DNA of 64,000 nucleotides from Chloroflexota bacterium (GCA_005879815.1 VBKA01000020.1:223-64222); one strand, 5' to 3'. Positions 46,308 through 56,419 are shown, counted from the stretch's first letter. The notes: a model not told the origin generated them from the sequence alone. Numbers and translations are program-made.

Positions 46308-46919
46308 ATGGCCAGACCCTCCGCCGTCTGGCGGTTCTCTCTGAGGCTCATGTACGCCGGGCTGCGGCTGCTGGATCCGATCCTGCGGGCCTGGTGGCGC
46401 GCATTCGGACTGGGGATCACGGCGCAGCTGACAGTGCGGGGCCGACGCAGCGGTCGCCAGCGGTCCGTACTGGTTGGGCTCCTGTATGTCGACGGGCGTC
46501 GCTATGTTGGGCATCCCAACGGTGCGGTCGGCTGGACCCGCAACCTCGCCGCGGCAGAGGAGGCGCGGGTTGCGCAGCTGCCGGGCGTGTGGGCCACCTT
46601 CCGCGCGGTGCCACTCTCCGACGGCCCCGAGCGTGACGCCATCATCGCGGCCACTGCCCATCAGCAGCCATTCCCGGGCAACCTCGTCTACCGCGCGGCT
46701 CAGCGGCACATCAGGGCGGTGGGGGTCTACTTCCGCCTCGAAGCTTTGGATTCCGCCGGGAGGGGTCTGGTGATCGACGGAGTTCGGGGCGGAGAGCTCA
46801 TCAATGAGCGCAACGTTGCCGCGATTGATGACCTCCTCAAGGAAGCGAGTAGCGCTGCCTTGTCCTCTTGGGTGCCCATGGGATCCCCGCTCCACGGGAT
46901 CAGACACTGTCGTGTCTAA
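46308..46919 (+). CDS. Deazaflavin-dependent nitroreductase-like (split-barrel) protein with aberrant C-terminal tail
   Basis: LTVRGRRSGRQR, GWTRNLAA, YFRLE. ATG 46308 lies 6 nt after TACGAT. The tail is antisense to a SnoaL remnant. Confidence 0.7.
   Translation: MARPSAVWRFSLRLMYAGLRLLDPILRAWWRAFGLGITAQLTVRGRRSGRQRSVLVGLLYVDGRRYVGHPNGAVGWTRNLAAAEEARVAQLPGVWATFRAVPLSDGPERDAIIAATAHQQPFPGNLVYRAAQRHIRAVGVYFRLEALDSAGRGLVIDGVRGGELINERNVAAIDDLLKEASSAALSSWVPMGSPLHGIRHCRV
46752..46879 (-). pseudogene. 5' fragment of a SnoaL-like ester cyclase gene
   Basis: GGAG SD, MGTQEDKA, frameshift, then ATRFLEEVINRGNVALIDELSAPNSVDHQTPPG, after which similarity is lost. Confidence 0.7.
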
Positions 46920-47005
46920 CCCTAGTGACGGAAAGCGGTATTGGTGTCTAGGCGGCCGGTCGAGGCGGCCGATGTTCTGAAGGTGATCCGCCTCGGCCTG
47001 GACGC

Positions 47006-47614
47006 CTAGGCTGTCCGCACCGCGTCGGATCCAACCGCTGCATCGGACACCTTGGATCTCGATGCGCGCTTGGCGACAGCGGTCCAGAACTCCACCGCGG
47101 CGCGCTCGTACAGCAAGCCCATGGGCAGGGTCGCCCCGCGCCAGTGTTCAACAGTTCGCAGCCCCCGACCCAGAGTGGATCCACTCCGCTCAAGACGGGC
47201 ATCACCTTCATAGGTCGACAGCTTCCCCAGATGGATTGCGAGCTGGTGTTCGGCCAAGCGCAGGCGAGCCGCAGCTGGCGCCAAATCCGAAAAGAAGAGT
47301 TGCAGCAGCCCAAGGTCGCGCAGTTGGGTGGGCACGCCCGCCGGTTGCTCCAGCCAGGACTCCAGAGCTTCCTGGCCCGTGGACGTGATCGCGAAGACGC
47401 GCCGTCGTCGGCCGGCCTGCTCACGGGTCTCGCGGACAAGCCCCAGCGCCGCTAGTCGCGGCGGCTCACTATACAGCAGCGTATGAGGAAACGACCAGAA
47501 ATTGCCAACCGTGGCAGCCACCTGCCGCTCCAAGCCGTACGGCGTCGAGGGCCCCTCGCGCGCCAGCAAGCCCAGCACGAGGTAGGAGGTCGGGGTCAGC
47601 CGCTCGGTTGACAT
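47006..47614 (-). CDS. PadR family transcriptional regulator
   Basis: LVLGLL...TPYGL...FWSFPHTLLY, RRRVFAITSTG.EALESWL, LRDLGLLQLFF. Confidence 0.9.
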   Translation of the reverse strand: MSTERLTPTSYLVLGLLAREGPSTPYGLERQVAATVGNFWSFPHTLLYSEPPRLAALGLVRETREQAGRRRRVFAITSTGQEALESWLEQPAGVPTQLRDLGLLQLFFSDLAPAAARLRLAEHQLAIHLGKLSTYEGDARLERSGSTLGRGLRTVEHWRGATLPMGLLYERAAVEFWTAVAKRASRSKVSDAAVGSDAVRTA

Positions 47615-47766
47615 ACTGCGAACTGTACCATACACTCTGCACTGTTAGTAACTGTCCTCAGACCAGGGCGAGCTGGCGGAGGCTACACACCAGTGGGGCG
47701 ACCGAGGCGTCGTCGGCTGGGCCACCGCCGCGGCAGTTGCAGACGCACGCGAAAGGGTTACCAACT

Positions 47767-48204
47767 ATGGGCACAGATCTGAAGACCAAGCTCGAGCGCA
47801 TCCCGCTCGAGATCCTCAACGAAGGGAAGTACGAGCTCATCGACGAGATCTACGCACCCGACTTCGTCGAGCACTATGCGCAGCCGGGCGTACCGCCCAC
47901 GCGCGAAGGCTTCAAACAGTTTGCTATGGCCTACAGGTCCGCCTTCCCTGACCTGCGCTACACCGTCGAAGATGCGATCGAAGCGGGCGACAAGATCGTG
48001 CATCGGCTGAGCGCCAGCGGCACGATGAAGGGCGACTTCCTGGGCATGCCGGCGACTGGCAAGCATGCGACCTGGACCGAGATCCACATCGGGCGCGTCG
48101 CGGACGGGCGGCTCGTCGAGCATTGGGGTCTCGTCGATCAGCTGGCCCTGTTCGTCCAGCTCGGCATCGTCCCCGCCCCCGGACAGGTTCCCGTCGCGGT
48201 CTAG
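47767..48204 (+). CDS. SnoaL-like ester cyclase
   Basis: LIDEIYAPDFVEH, AFPDLRYTVED, GDFLGMPATGK, GRLVEHWG. Confidence 0.92.
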   Translation: MGTDLKTKLERIPLEILNEGKYELIDEIYAPDFVEHYAQPGVPPTREGFKQFAMAYRSAFPDLRYTVEDAIEAGDKIVHRLSASGTMKGDFLGMPATGKHATWTEIHIGRVADGRLVEHWGLVDQLALFVQLGIVPAPGQVPVAV

Positions 48205-48226
48205 TCCCGGCCAACTGAACGTGTCG

Positions 48227-48260
48227 GAGGCCCCACGCGGTCGACGCGAGGGGCCTCTTA
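48227..48260 (+). terminator. Hairpin after the ester cyclase gene
   Basis: GAGGCCCC-ACGCG...CGCG-AGGGGCCTC followed by TTA. Confidence 0.5.
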
Positions 48261-48340
48261 CGCCGTTGCGGAGCTCATCCTCGACGGGTGGCTACCCGAG
48301 CAGGCCTTCTACGTAATGCGCTCACGCCAGTCATTGCGCT

Positions 48341-48406
48341 GTGCGAGCGCTGTCCTAACCAAATCGACCGCAAGAGCACGCTCTTCCGGTCAGTTATGCT
48401 GTCTCG
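48341..48406. repeat. Degenerate direct repeat, copy 2 (includes probable tRNA -10 box TATGCT)
   Basis: GTGCGAGCGCTGTCCTAACCAAAT...TCTTCCGGTCAGTTATGCTGTCTCG. Confidence 0.8.
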
Positions 48407-48432
48407 CCGAGCACGAAACTGGCGATTGGCGG

Positions 48433-48508
48433 GCGGGAGTAGCTCAGTTGGTAGAGCGGCAGCCTTCCAAGCTGCATGTCGCGGGTTCGAGACCCGTCTC
48501 CCGCTCCA
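48433..48508 (+). tRNA. tRNA-Gly(TCC)
   Basis: 76 nt. Acceptor stem GCGGGAG/CTCCCGC, D-arm AGCTCAGTTGGTAGAGC, anticodon arm GCAGC-CTTCCAA-GCTGC, GGTTCGA, encoded CCA. Confidence 0.98.
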
Positions 48509-48568
48509 TCTCCACGTCGGAGATGACTGCCGGACCACTGCTGGCGCAGGCCCCTTGCGGAGCGTCGG

Positions 48569-51043
48569 CTACAGCGCGCTCACGGCAAGCTCGACCGCCT
48601 CTTCGGGAGTCAGCGCTTGACCACGCTTCCAGGCCTCGGCGAAGACGACCTCATCTAGCCGCTCCCGGACGCGTTTCTCGGCGTCCTCCCGCATGTCGGT
48701 CACATAGGCGGGATGCGTGAGACCGAACTCCTGGCGCATCCCCTCCGAACGAGCGAGGAGTTCTGCGGCTGGCTCGGCCATTCCCGCGAATGCGAGCGTC
48801 CGTGCGAAACGAATCAGATCCACTGTGATCTCCCAGGGATCGCCGAACGCGTTGTCGAGCCGATACGCGTCCTCCAGCAACGCAACAGCTTTCCCGGGGT
48901 CGCCCTCGTCGTCCGCGATCATTGCCAGCGAGTTCAGTGCACGCGCCTCCATCTGCACGTCGCGGGCAGCTCGTGCACCGCGGAGCAGATCTTCCGTGAG
49001 GCTCTTCGAACGCTCGATCTCGCCGAGCTGTTCGCAGCACCAGACGAGGAGTCGCAGCGCCTGTAGGGCGCGGTGCTCGTCGCCCAGCTCGCGGAGTCGT
49101 CGCACGCTTTCCTCGACGAGCGGCTGCGCCACTGCGAAGTCGCCCTCAAACGCGACGGCCATTGCGAACTGGAGCTCCGCGTACGCGATGCCCCACGGGT
49201 CGCCGAGCTGGCGGTAAAGGGCGAGCGCCTCCTCAGCTCGACGCTTGAAGGTTTCCACGCCGACCGAGGTCTCCGGCGCGAGATGAGCCGCTCCCGTCAG
49301 CGCCTTTGCGCGCGCCTGGGTCGGCTGACTGTCGGCGTCGAGCAGGTCTTCGAGACGGCGCATGCCTTCGGAGGGGTGGCCTCGCAGGCACCAGAACTCC
49401 CAGATGCTTCCTGCCAGACGCAGCGCCAGTCCGGGGTGACCAGAGCTCTCGAACCAATCGAGAGCAGCTCTCACATTGTTGTGGTCTCGTTCGAGCCGAT
49501 CGAGTGATGCGCCAGGACTGACTCCCATCAAGCTCGGTTCCGATGCTTCTGCCAAAGCCAGGTAGTGCTCCGCGTGTCGTCGGCCCAGGCTGGTGGCCTC
49601 TCCCGAGGCTTCGAGGCGTTCGGTGGCGTACTCGTGAATCGTCTCAAGCATCCAGAAACGCTCTTCGGTGTGGCGCAGCAGGCTCTTGTCGACCAGAGAC
49701 AGGAGGGTATCGAGATCGGCTTCCGTGACGTCCTCGGCCGATTCGAGCGTGCATCCGCCGACGAAGACGGCGAATCGAGCAAACAGGCGTTGCTCGTCGG
49801 GCGTCAGCAGGTCATACGACCAGGCGATCGTCGCGTGGAGTGTGCGCTGCCGCTCAGGGAGGTCACGCGCCCCGCCGGTGAGCAGCGGCAGGCTGCGTTC
49901 GAGCCGCTCGAGGATCTGCGCTGTGCTCAGCGCTTTGATCCGCGCCGCTGCGAGCTCCAGCGCCAGCGGCAGGTCGTCCAGGCGGCGGCAGATTCCCGGC
50001 ACGGCCGCGTCAACCTGAAAATCGGGCACCATCGCCCGCGCTCGAGCTGTGAAGAAGGCGATCCCTTCGTCGGGCAGCAGCGTTGGCACGGGGTACTCCT
50101 GTTCGCCGCTGAGGTGCAGGCGCTCGCGGCTCGTCACAAGCACATCGAGCCTGGGGCACGCAGCGAGCAGCGAAGACAAGTCTGATGCCGCAGCGACCAC
50201 CTGCTCGAAATTGTCGAAGAGGAGGAGCATCGACTTCTCGCCGACGAAGTCCGCCACATCGCCTTTGGCACCCAGCGCATCTCTCGCAGTGGGCAACACG
50301 AGAGTCGGGTCGCGAAGCGGTGCGAGAGGTACCCACCAAACCCCGTGCGGGTAGTGATCGGCTTGCGCGCCAGCAGCCTGTAGGGCCAGGCGGGTCTTCC
50401 CGGTCCCTCCGGAGCCGGTGAGGGTAAGCAATCTGACGTCAGGTCGTGACAACAGCCCTTCCACGTCCATGAGCTCGGTTTCGCGGCCGAGGAACGGGGT
50501 GGAGGGGATGGGTAGATTCGACTGGAACAGGCTGTGGAGAGCCGGAAACTCCGTCTCTCCCAGCTGGTAGATTCGCTCAGGAGCCGACAGATCCTTGAGC
50601 CGATGGACGCCGACATCGTGCAGCCCATCGGTGCCCGTGAGGGCCACGGTCGCGGCTGAGAGCAGGACCTGCCCGCCGTGCCCGGCGGCCGCGATCCGTG
50701 CCGCCCGATGGACATCGGCGCCGACGTAGCCTTCGTCAGTCAGCAGGGGCGTTCCGGTGTGCAGACCGATGCGCACCCTGATCGGACCGCCCTGGAGGCC
50801 CTCGGTGATTCCGCGAGCCGCCGCCAGCGCACCGGGCGCCGTCGGGAATGCGACGAAGAAGGCGTCGCCCTGCGTATCAACCTCGACCCCGCCCTGCGCG
50901 CCGAAGGCCTCGCGCAGGATACGCCGATGCTCTGCCAGTGCCGCCGCGTACGCATCAGGCCCCAGCTCGTGAAGCAGGCGGGTCGAGCCTTCCACGTCGC
51001 TGAACAGGAAGGTGACGGTGCCAGTGGGGAGGTCGCGAGGCAC
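48569..51043 (-). CDS. Class III adenylate/guanylate cyclase - STAND ATPase - TPR protein
   Basis: FLFSDVEGST, TQGDAF, RIGLHTG; Walker A GSGGTGKT; LLFDNFE; LPLALELAA; TPR-like helices. Start is GTG 51043 or ATG 51052. Confidence 0.9.
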   Translation of the reverse strand: MPRDLPTGTVTFLFSDVEGSTRLLHELGPDAYAAALAEHRRILREAFGAQGGVEVDTQGDAFFVAFPTAPGALAAARGITEGLQGGPIRVRIGLHTGTPLLTDEGYVGADVHRAARIAAAGHGGQVLLSAATVALTGTDGLHDVGVHRLKDLSAPERIYQLGETEFPALHSLFQSNLPIPSTPFLGRETELMDVEGLLSRPDVRLLTLTGSGGTGKTRLALQAAGAQADHYPHGVWWVPLAPLRDPTLVLPTARDALGAKGDVADFVGEKSMLLLFDNFEQVVAAASDLSSLLAACPRLDVLVTSRERLHLSGEQEYPVPTLLPDEGIAFFTARARAMVPDFQVDAAVPGICRRLDDLPLALELAAARIKALSTAQILERLERSLPLLTGGARDLPERQRTLHATIAWSYDLLTPDEQRLFARFAVFVGGCTLESAEDVTEADLDTLLSLVDKSLLRHTEERFWMLETIHEYATERLEASGEATSLGRRHAEHYLALAEASEPSLMGVSPGASLDRLERDHNNVRAALDWFESSGHPGLALRLAGSIWEFWCLRGHPSEGMRRLEDLLDADSQPTQARAKALTGAAHLAPETSVGVETFKRRAEEALALYRQLGDPWGIAYAELQFAMAVAFEGDFAVAQPLVEESVRRLRELGDEHRALQALRLLVWCCEQLGEIERSKSLTEDLLRGARAARDVQMEARALNSLAMIADDEGDPGKAVALLEDAYRLDNAFGDPWEITVDLIRFARTLAFAGMAEPAAELLARSEGMRQEFGLTHPAYVTDMREDAEKRVRERLDEVVFAEAWKRGQALTPEEAVELAVSAL

Positions 51044-51088
51044 GGTTGGCATGATGCGCCGGCCCTCAGTCCACGTCACCCTTCCTTC

Positions 51089-52039
51089 TTATGAGGCGCG
51101 CCCCTCGAAGAGCGCCGTCAGGAAGTGGATGATCAGCCAGGCGGACGTCATGGCGGTGTTGAGGTCTGGCTGAGCCGCGCTGGTCTCCACGATGTCGAAA
51201 CCCACGACGTGGCCCTTGCCCGCGATCGCGGCGAGAAGCTCGCGGAGCTGCCGATAGCTGAGCCCGCCCGGCTCCGGCAGGGTCGTCGCCGGCACGAGCC
51301 CCCCGTCCAGGACGTCGATGTCGATCGAGACATAGAGGTTCTTCCCGGGCCTGACGAGCCGATCCGCGATGGCGGTAGGGCCTTCCTCCAGGACGGCCAG
51401 AGTAGATGCGAATCCCACCCCTTTCGCCTTCAGATCCTGGTACTGGTCGGGATCGACCGAACGAAGACCCAGGGCGCTGATGCGCTCGACTGTCGGGAGC
51501 TCCGAAAGACGGCGCAGCTGGCTGCCGTGCTGGAAGCGGGAGCCGTAGATCTCGTCGGCGAAGTCCGGGTGGGCGTCGATGTGCACAACGTCGAGCGGCC
51601 CGTGAACCTCAACAACCCCGCGCCCAATCGGGAAGCTGATGGAGTGATCGCCTCCGACAGCGGCCACCAAGGCGCCGCGATCGGCGATCTTTCTGGAAAC
51701 CTCCGTCATGCGCCGATGGCTGAGGTCGACGTCGCCGCCGGCCACGAACACGTCGCCGCAATCGGCCATTCGAACACCATCGAGGTAGTGACGCTCAGTC
51801 TCGATGTCGAACCAGCCCGCGCTCGTCCCGTCCGCTTTCGTCTCACGAAGGCGCGTGCGCGTCTCGCGCACCAGGCGCGGCCCGGCGTATGCACCTGAGC
51901 GGATGAACGGGATGATCACGCCCTGATCCCACGGCACCCCGATGAACCCGACCTCGGCTTCGAGCGTGTCGAGGTCATCGCAGACCGGCGAGCCAAAGAA
52001 GGTCCTGGTCGCGGAGCGGACGAGGGGCTGGATGCTCAA
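51089..52039 (-). CDS. Ureohydrolase (agmatinase/arginase family)
   Basis: GVPWD, GGDHS, DAHPD, SIDIDVLD, PEPGG. Confidence 0.92.
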   Translation of the reverse strand: MSIQPLVRSATRTFFGSPVCDDLDTLEAEVGFIGVPWDQGVIIPFIRSGAYAGPRLVRETRTRLRETKADGTSAGWFDIETERHYLDGVRMADCGDVFVAGGDVDLSHRRMTEVSRKIADRGALVAAVGGDHSISFPIGRGVVEVHGPLDVVHIDAHPDFADEIYGSRFQHGSQLRRLSELPTVERISALGLRSVDPDQYQDLKAKGVGFASTLAVLEEGPTAIADRLVRPGKNLYVSIDIDVLDGGLVPATTLPEPGGLSYRQLRELLAAIAGKGHVVGFDIVETSAAQPDLNTAMTSAWLIIHFLTALFEGRAS

Positions 52040-52211
52040 CGATCGATCGCTCCTGAGGGGTTGTCAGGCTATCGGGCTCAAGGTACAAACATCGGCGATA
52101 CGGACGCAACCGGCCGGGGCATCGTCGCCGGCCGTAGGCCGGTCTGCGATTCGCGTCGCACGAGCTACCCGTGAGCTACTGCTGCGGCCGGCCAGTCGAG
52201 GAGGAGACGAC

Positions 52212-53102
52212 GTGATGCGCCCATCCGCCCTTGTGCGGTTCGTGGCCCTGGCGGTGGGCCTCATCATCGCTGGCTGCCAGTCCGGCGGCGCAGGGAGCGC
52301 ATCTCCCAGCACCGGCGGGAGCGCCGCAGCAAGCGAGGTCCACGTCACTGCCCCGACCAGCCTGGTCAAGGCGGGGACCGTGACCGACTGTGTCGACATC
52401 GAATATCCGCCCATGGAATTCTTCCCGTCGACATCGGTCACCGATCCGAACCAGGCTATCGGCTTCGACGTCGACGGAGCACGTGCGGTCGCCAAGGCTT
52501 GGGGGCTTCCCCTCGAGGTCCGGAACGTGGCCTTCTCGGGTCTCATCCCAGACCTGACCGCCGGCCGCTGCGACATCGTGTGGACCGCGTTGTACGTGAC
52601 CCAGAAGCGCCTGAAGGTGTCCGATGCGGTGCCTTACATGGCGACCGGCTGGGTGCTCATGGTGCCCAAGGGGAACCCAAAGAACATCAAGTCGCCAGAC
52701 GACCTGTGCGGCAAGACGATTTCGATCCAGACCGGTGGGCAGGTGGAGACGGAAAGCGCGGCGCAGAGCAAGAAGTGCACCGGCGCCGGCAACCAGGCCA
52801 TCACCATCCAGGGCTATCCAAAGGTCGCCGATGAGCTGCAGCAGATCGTCGTCGGGCGCGTGGACGCCGTCTGGGAGACCGATAGCGCCATCTCCGACTT
52901 CCTGCTCAAGCACCGCGACCAGTACGAGGTCGCCTACGCCTTCCCAAAGGCCGATTCCTATGGCGTCTACCTGCAGAAGAACAAGGCGGATCTCAAGACT
53001 GCCCTCACCGATGCACTGAAGGCGCTCAAGGCATCGGGCAAGCTGGCGGCTCTCTGCAAGCAATACCAGATCGACCCGGTCGTCCTCGACGCCATCAAGT
53101 AA
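52212..53102 (+). CDS. Polar amino acid ABC transporter substrate-binding lipoprotein
   Basis: Lipobox IAGC; YPPMEF, GFDVD, FSGLIPDL..GRCD. GAGGAG SD. Confidence 0.9.
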   Translation: MMRPSALVRFVALAVGLIIAGCQSGGAGSASPSTGGSAAASEVHVTAPTSLVKAGTVTDCVDIEYPPMEFFPSTSVTDPNQAIGFDVDGARAVAKAWGLPLEVRNVAFSGLIPDLTAGRCDIVWTALYVTQKRLKVSDAVPYMATGWVLMVPKGNPKNIKSPDDLCGKTISIQTGGQVETESAAQSKKCTGAGNQAITIQGYPKVADELQQIVVGRVDAVWETDSAISDFLLKHRDQYEVAYAFPKADSYGVYLQKNKADLKTALTDALKALKASGKLAALCKQYQIDPVVLDAIK

Positions 53103-53122
53103 GGGCCAGGCACCGACCCATG

Positions 53123-53155
53123 CGGCGCGGTCCTGAGGTATCCGGGACCGCGCCG
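53123..53155 (+). terminator. Hairpin between SBP and permease (mRNA stabiliser)
   Basis: CGGCGCGGTCC-N11-GGACCGCGCCG. Confidence 0.55.
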
Positions 53156-53175
53156 GTCGTCCCGAAGGTTGCGCG

Positions 53176-53910
53176 GTGAACTTCGATCCGTCCGTCTTCT
53201 TCGACGCCCTGACGTCCCCGACCTTCATCGAGGGCGCCCAGATCACGATCGCGCTGACCGTGATCGCGATGGCATTCGGGCTGGTCCTGGGCCTGGTGCT
53301 CGCGCTGATGCGCAGCCACCCGTGGGGTTGGTTGCGGTGGCTGGCCTGGGCCTACATCTGGATCTTTCGCGCGATTCCTACCCTTCTCCAGCTCTTCTTC
53401 GTGTGGAACGCGCTGCCGCAGCTCTTTCCCGTGCTACGCGGAGAGTGGTTCTCCCCGTTTCTGGCAGCGGCCGTGGCCCTGTCGTTGAACGAAGCTGCGT
53501 ACGCAGCGGAGATCCTCAGGGCAGGCTTGCTCTCGGTTGACGAAGGGCAGCGGCTCGCGGCCCGTGCGCTGGGCCTCTCCCCAGGGAAGGTGTTCGGCAA
53601 GGTCATCGCCCCGCAGCTCATGCGGGTAGCCATCCCTCCCTTGTCGAATGACTTCATCACCATGCTCAAGATCACCAGCCTGGCGAGCGTCATCTCGCTC
53701 CAGGAGCTCCTCGCCAGGACGCAGAGCGCCGTATCGATCACCTTTCAGTTCGCCGAGTACTACGCGGCGGCCGCGGTCTACTACCTGGTGATCGTGAGCG
53801 TCCTGATGCTCGTTCAGTCGCGGATCGAGCGGCGCTTCGAGTGGACCTCCCAACGGGCCGCCAGCGGCTCGGTCTTGGGCCGCGTCCGTCAGCTAGCCCC
53901 AATGCGATGA
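53176..53910 (+). CDS. Polar amino acid ABC transporter permease
   Basis: [46 protein letters not shown]. Confidence 0.93.
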   Translation: MNFDPSVFFDALTSPTFIEGAQITIALTVIAMAFGLVLGLVLALMRSHPWGWLRWLAWAYIWIFRAIPTLLQLFFVWNALPQLFPVLRGEWFSPFLAAAVALSLNEAAYAAEILRAGLLSVDEGQRLAARALGLSPGKVFGKVIAPQLMRVAIPPLSNDFITMLKITSLASVISLQELLARTQSAVSITFQFAEYYAAAAVYYLVIVSVLMLVQSRIERRFEWTSQRAASGSVLGRVRQLAPMR

Positions 53911-54776
53911 GCGACAAGCCCGTCGGCGATGGCCGAATCGAGGAGCCGTTCCGCCACCTGCTGGACGCCGCCGTCCTGGGTGAGGCAGTAGCCGCGGAGA
54001 CGGCAACCGGCGCGGAGTACGTCCTCGAGGCGGTCGAGGTGCACAAACGCTACGGTCGCACCGAGGTGCTGCGCGGCGTCTCATTCGGCGTCCACCGCGG
54101 TGACGTCAAGGCGATCCTGGGGCCGTCCGGTTCCGGGAAGAGCACGCTCCTACGCTGTCTCGCCCTGCTCGAGCCAGTGGACCATGGCGAGGTCCGCCTC
54201 GAGGGGCAGCGACTTGGCGTTCGTGAGGGACAGGGCGGCCGGGTCGCGTCCCTGCCGGAGCGGACGCTCGCACGGGAACGCTCGGAGATCGGGATGGTCT
54301 TCCAGCGTTTCAACCTGTTCCCGCATCTCACGGCGCTCGGCAACGTGATGCTCGGTCTCACCGAGGTCCGCGGGCGTTCGAAGGACGAGGCCCGCGAGAT
54401 CGCGCAGGCGATGCTCGACCGCGTTGGGCTCGCCGCGAGGCGCGACTTCTACCCCGGCGAGCTGTCTGGTGGCCAGCAGCAGCGGGTGGCGATCGCGCGA
54501 GCCCTGGTCATGAACCCCAAGGTGATGCTCTTCGACGAGCCGACATCGGCTCTTGATCCGGAGCTGGTTGGCGAGGTCCTGGCGGTGATGGAGGAGCTGG
54601 CCCGCGAGGGGATGACCATGGTGGTCGTCACGCACGAGATCGGCTTCGCGCGACGCGTCGCCAGCCGGGTGCTGATGATGGACGGCGGCGAGATCATCGA
54701 GGATGCGACGCCGGACGAGTTCTTCGGCAACCCGCGCCACGAGCGCACCCGGCGGTTCATCGAGGCGGTCGACTGA
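53907..54776 (+). CDS. Polar amino acid ABC transporter ATP-binding protein
   Basis: [44 protein letters not shown]. Confidence 0.95.
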   Translation: MSDKPVGDGRIEEPFRHLLDAAVLGEAVAAETATGAEYVLEAVEVHKRYGRTEVLRGVSFGVHRGDVKAILGPSGSGKSTLLRCLALLEPVDHGEVRLEGQRLGVREGQGGRVASLPERTLARERSEIGMVFQRFNLFPHLTALGNVMLGLTEVRGRSKDEAREIAQAMLDRVGLAARRDFYPGELSGGQQQRVAIARALVMNPKVMLFDEPTSALDPELVGEVLAVMEELAREGMTMVVVTHEIGFARRVASRVLMMDGGEIIEDATPDEFFGNPRHERTRRFIEAVD

Positions 54777-54778
54777 CG

Positions 54779-56419
54779 GTGGAGTCTGGGCGGCTGCACG
54801 ACGCCGAACCGCTGATCCTCGCGGGTGGACCGATCCTGACGATGGCCGATCCGGATCGGGTCGAGGCTGTCGCGATTCGCGGTGATCGCATTCTGCACGC
54901 CGGATCGCTCGCCGATTGCCGGGCCGTTGCCGGTGAGCGGAGGCAGGAGCGCGACCTGGGGGGCCGCGTGCTCATGCCGGGGTTCGTCGACGCGCACATC
55001 CATCCGTTGATGCTGGGGCAGACGGCCTCGTGGACCGATGTCGGCCCGGAACGCGCCCCGTCCATCGAGAAGCTCGTGGGCGTCCTGGCTGAGAGCGCGG
55101 CCGGCCTCGGGCCGGATGCCCCGTTGTGGGCGTATGGGTACGACCAGCGTCAGCTCGCCGAGCAAAGGCATCCGACGGCCGCCGATCTGGAGCAGGCGAC
55201 GCCTGGTCGGGCGGTGTATGTCATGCACAGCAGCGGCCACGGGGCGGTGGTCAGCACCGCCGCTCTCGGGCTGGCTGGCATCGACGCCTCCACGCCGGAC
55301 GTTCCCGGCGGGGAGATCGGGCGCGGAGCCGACGGGCGGCCAGATGGCCGCCTGATGGACGCCGCCTGGGACCTGGCTCTTGGACCTGCCAGCGTCAAGA
55401 TCGGTCGACACGGTCCGAACATCCATGTGCCCGATTCGCCGCAGGCCCTTTCGAGCCACATGGAGGCCGCCCAGCGCGCGATCCTGGGCGCGGGCATCAC
55501 CACCGTATTCGATGCGCAGGTCACACGGCGTGAGCTCGAGACCCACCTGCGCCTTCGAGACGCCGGTCGCCTGCGCCTGCGCGTCAACCTCCTCGTCATC
55601 TCCAGCCTGCTCGACGAGGTCCTTCAGCTCGGGCTTGTGGCGCCCCTCGGGGATGACTGGCTGCGGTTTGCGGGCATCAAGCTCTACGCCGATGGCACCC
55701 TGATCGGACGGACGGCCTTCTTCCCCGACGGGTACCCCAGCGAACCTGGGGAGCACGGCCTCCTGTACCACGAGCCCGCCGAGTACGCCGAGCTCCTGCG
55801 CCGAGCGCACGCCGCAGGCCTGCAGACCGGAACGCACGCGTTGTCGCCGGCGGCCATCGGCCTGGTGCTGGATGCCGTCGAGGAGGCGATGGCACGCGTT
55901 CCAAGGCCCGATGCCCGTCATCGCATCGAGCATTGCGCACTGCCAACCGACGACCAGATCGTGAGGATGGCGCGCCTGGGCGTGATCCCGGTTGCGCAGT
56001 CGCAGCACATGCGGAACTTCGGTGACGGCGCGGTGGCCGCCGTGGGCAAGCCGCTCGGGGAGCGGTACCACCCGCTTGGCCTGTTCGCACGGGCGGGTGT
56101 CCGGTTCGCGCTCTCGTGCGATGCGCCGGTGGCGCCGCCGGCGCCGCTGGTTGCCATCCAGGCGGCGGTCGAGCGGCGGACGGTCCACGGCACGACGCTC
56201 GGAGCCGCCGAGCTGCGCATCAGTGCTGCGCGGGCGCTGCGCGCCTACACCATCGATGCCGCCCACGCCGGCCACGTCGAGGCCTCCGTCGGGTCGATCG
56301 AGCCGGGCAAGCTGGCGGACTTCGCGATCCTCGACGGAGACCCCGCCCGAGTCGATCCAGCGATGATCGGCGCGATCTCCGTGCGCGAGACGTGGCTGGC
56401 GGGCGAACAGGTAGCCTGA
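54779..56419 (+). CDS. Amidohydrolase (Amidohydro_3/YtcJ-like)
   Basis: PGFVDAHIH, IKLYADG, HRIEH, GSIEPGKLADF. Confidence 0.92.
   Translation: MESGRLHDAEPLILAGGPILTMADPDRVEAVAIRGDRILHAGSLADCRAVAGERRQERDLGGRVLMPGFVDAHIHPLMLGQTASWTDVGPERAPSIEKLVGVLAESAAGLGPDAPLWAYGYDQRQLAEQRHPTAADLEQATPGRAVYVMHSSGHGAVVSTAALGLAGIDASTPDVPGGEIGRGADGRPDGRLMDAAWDLALGPASVKIGRHGPNIHVPDSPQALSSHMEAAQRAILGAGITTVFDAQVTRRELETHLRLRDAGRLRLRVNLLVISSLLDEVLQLGLVAPLGDDWLRFAGIKLYADGTLIGRTAFFPDGYPSEPGEHGLLYHEPAEYAELLRRAHAAGLQTGTHALSPAAIGLVLDAVEEAMARVPRPDARHRIEHCALPTDDQIVRMARLGVIPVAQSQHMRNFGDGAVAAVGKPLGERYHPLGLFARAGVRFALSCDAPVAPPAPLVAIQAAVERRTVHGTTLGAAELRISAARALRAYTIDAAHAGHVEASVGSIEPGKLADFAILDGDPARVDPAMIGAISVRETWLAGEQVA

Noticed and set aside
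46884..46894. CCCGCTCCA matching the tRNA 3' end as an att site
   Set aside because: Only 9 bp, upstream of the tRNA, and it is the complement of the SnoaL remnant's SD.
45667..48399. TAAC...GTTATGC ends of the two repeat copies as integron attC sites
   Set aside because: Only ~47-50 bp between cores, imperfect RYYYAAC, no L boxes or intI, and the enclosed genes are in mixed orientation.
52040..52211. Guanidine riboswitch upstream of the ureohydrolase/ABC genes
   Set aside because: Hairpins are present, but I see no paired ACGR loops or other consensus; cannot be supported without an Rfam scan.
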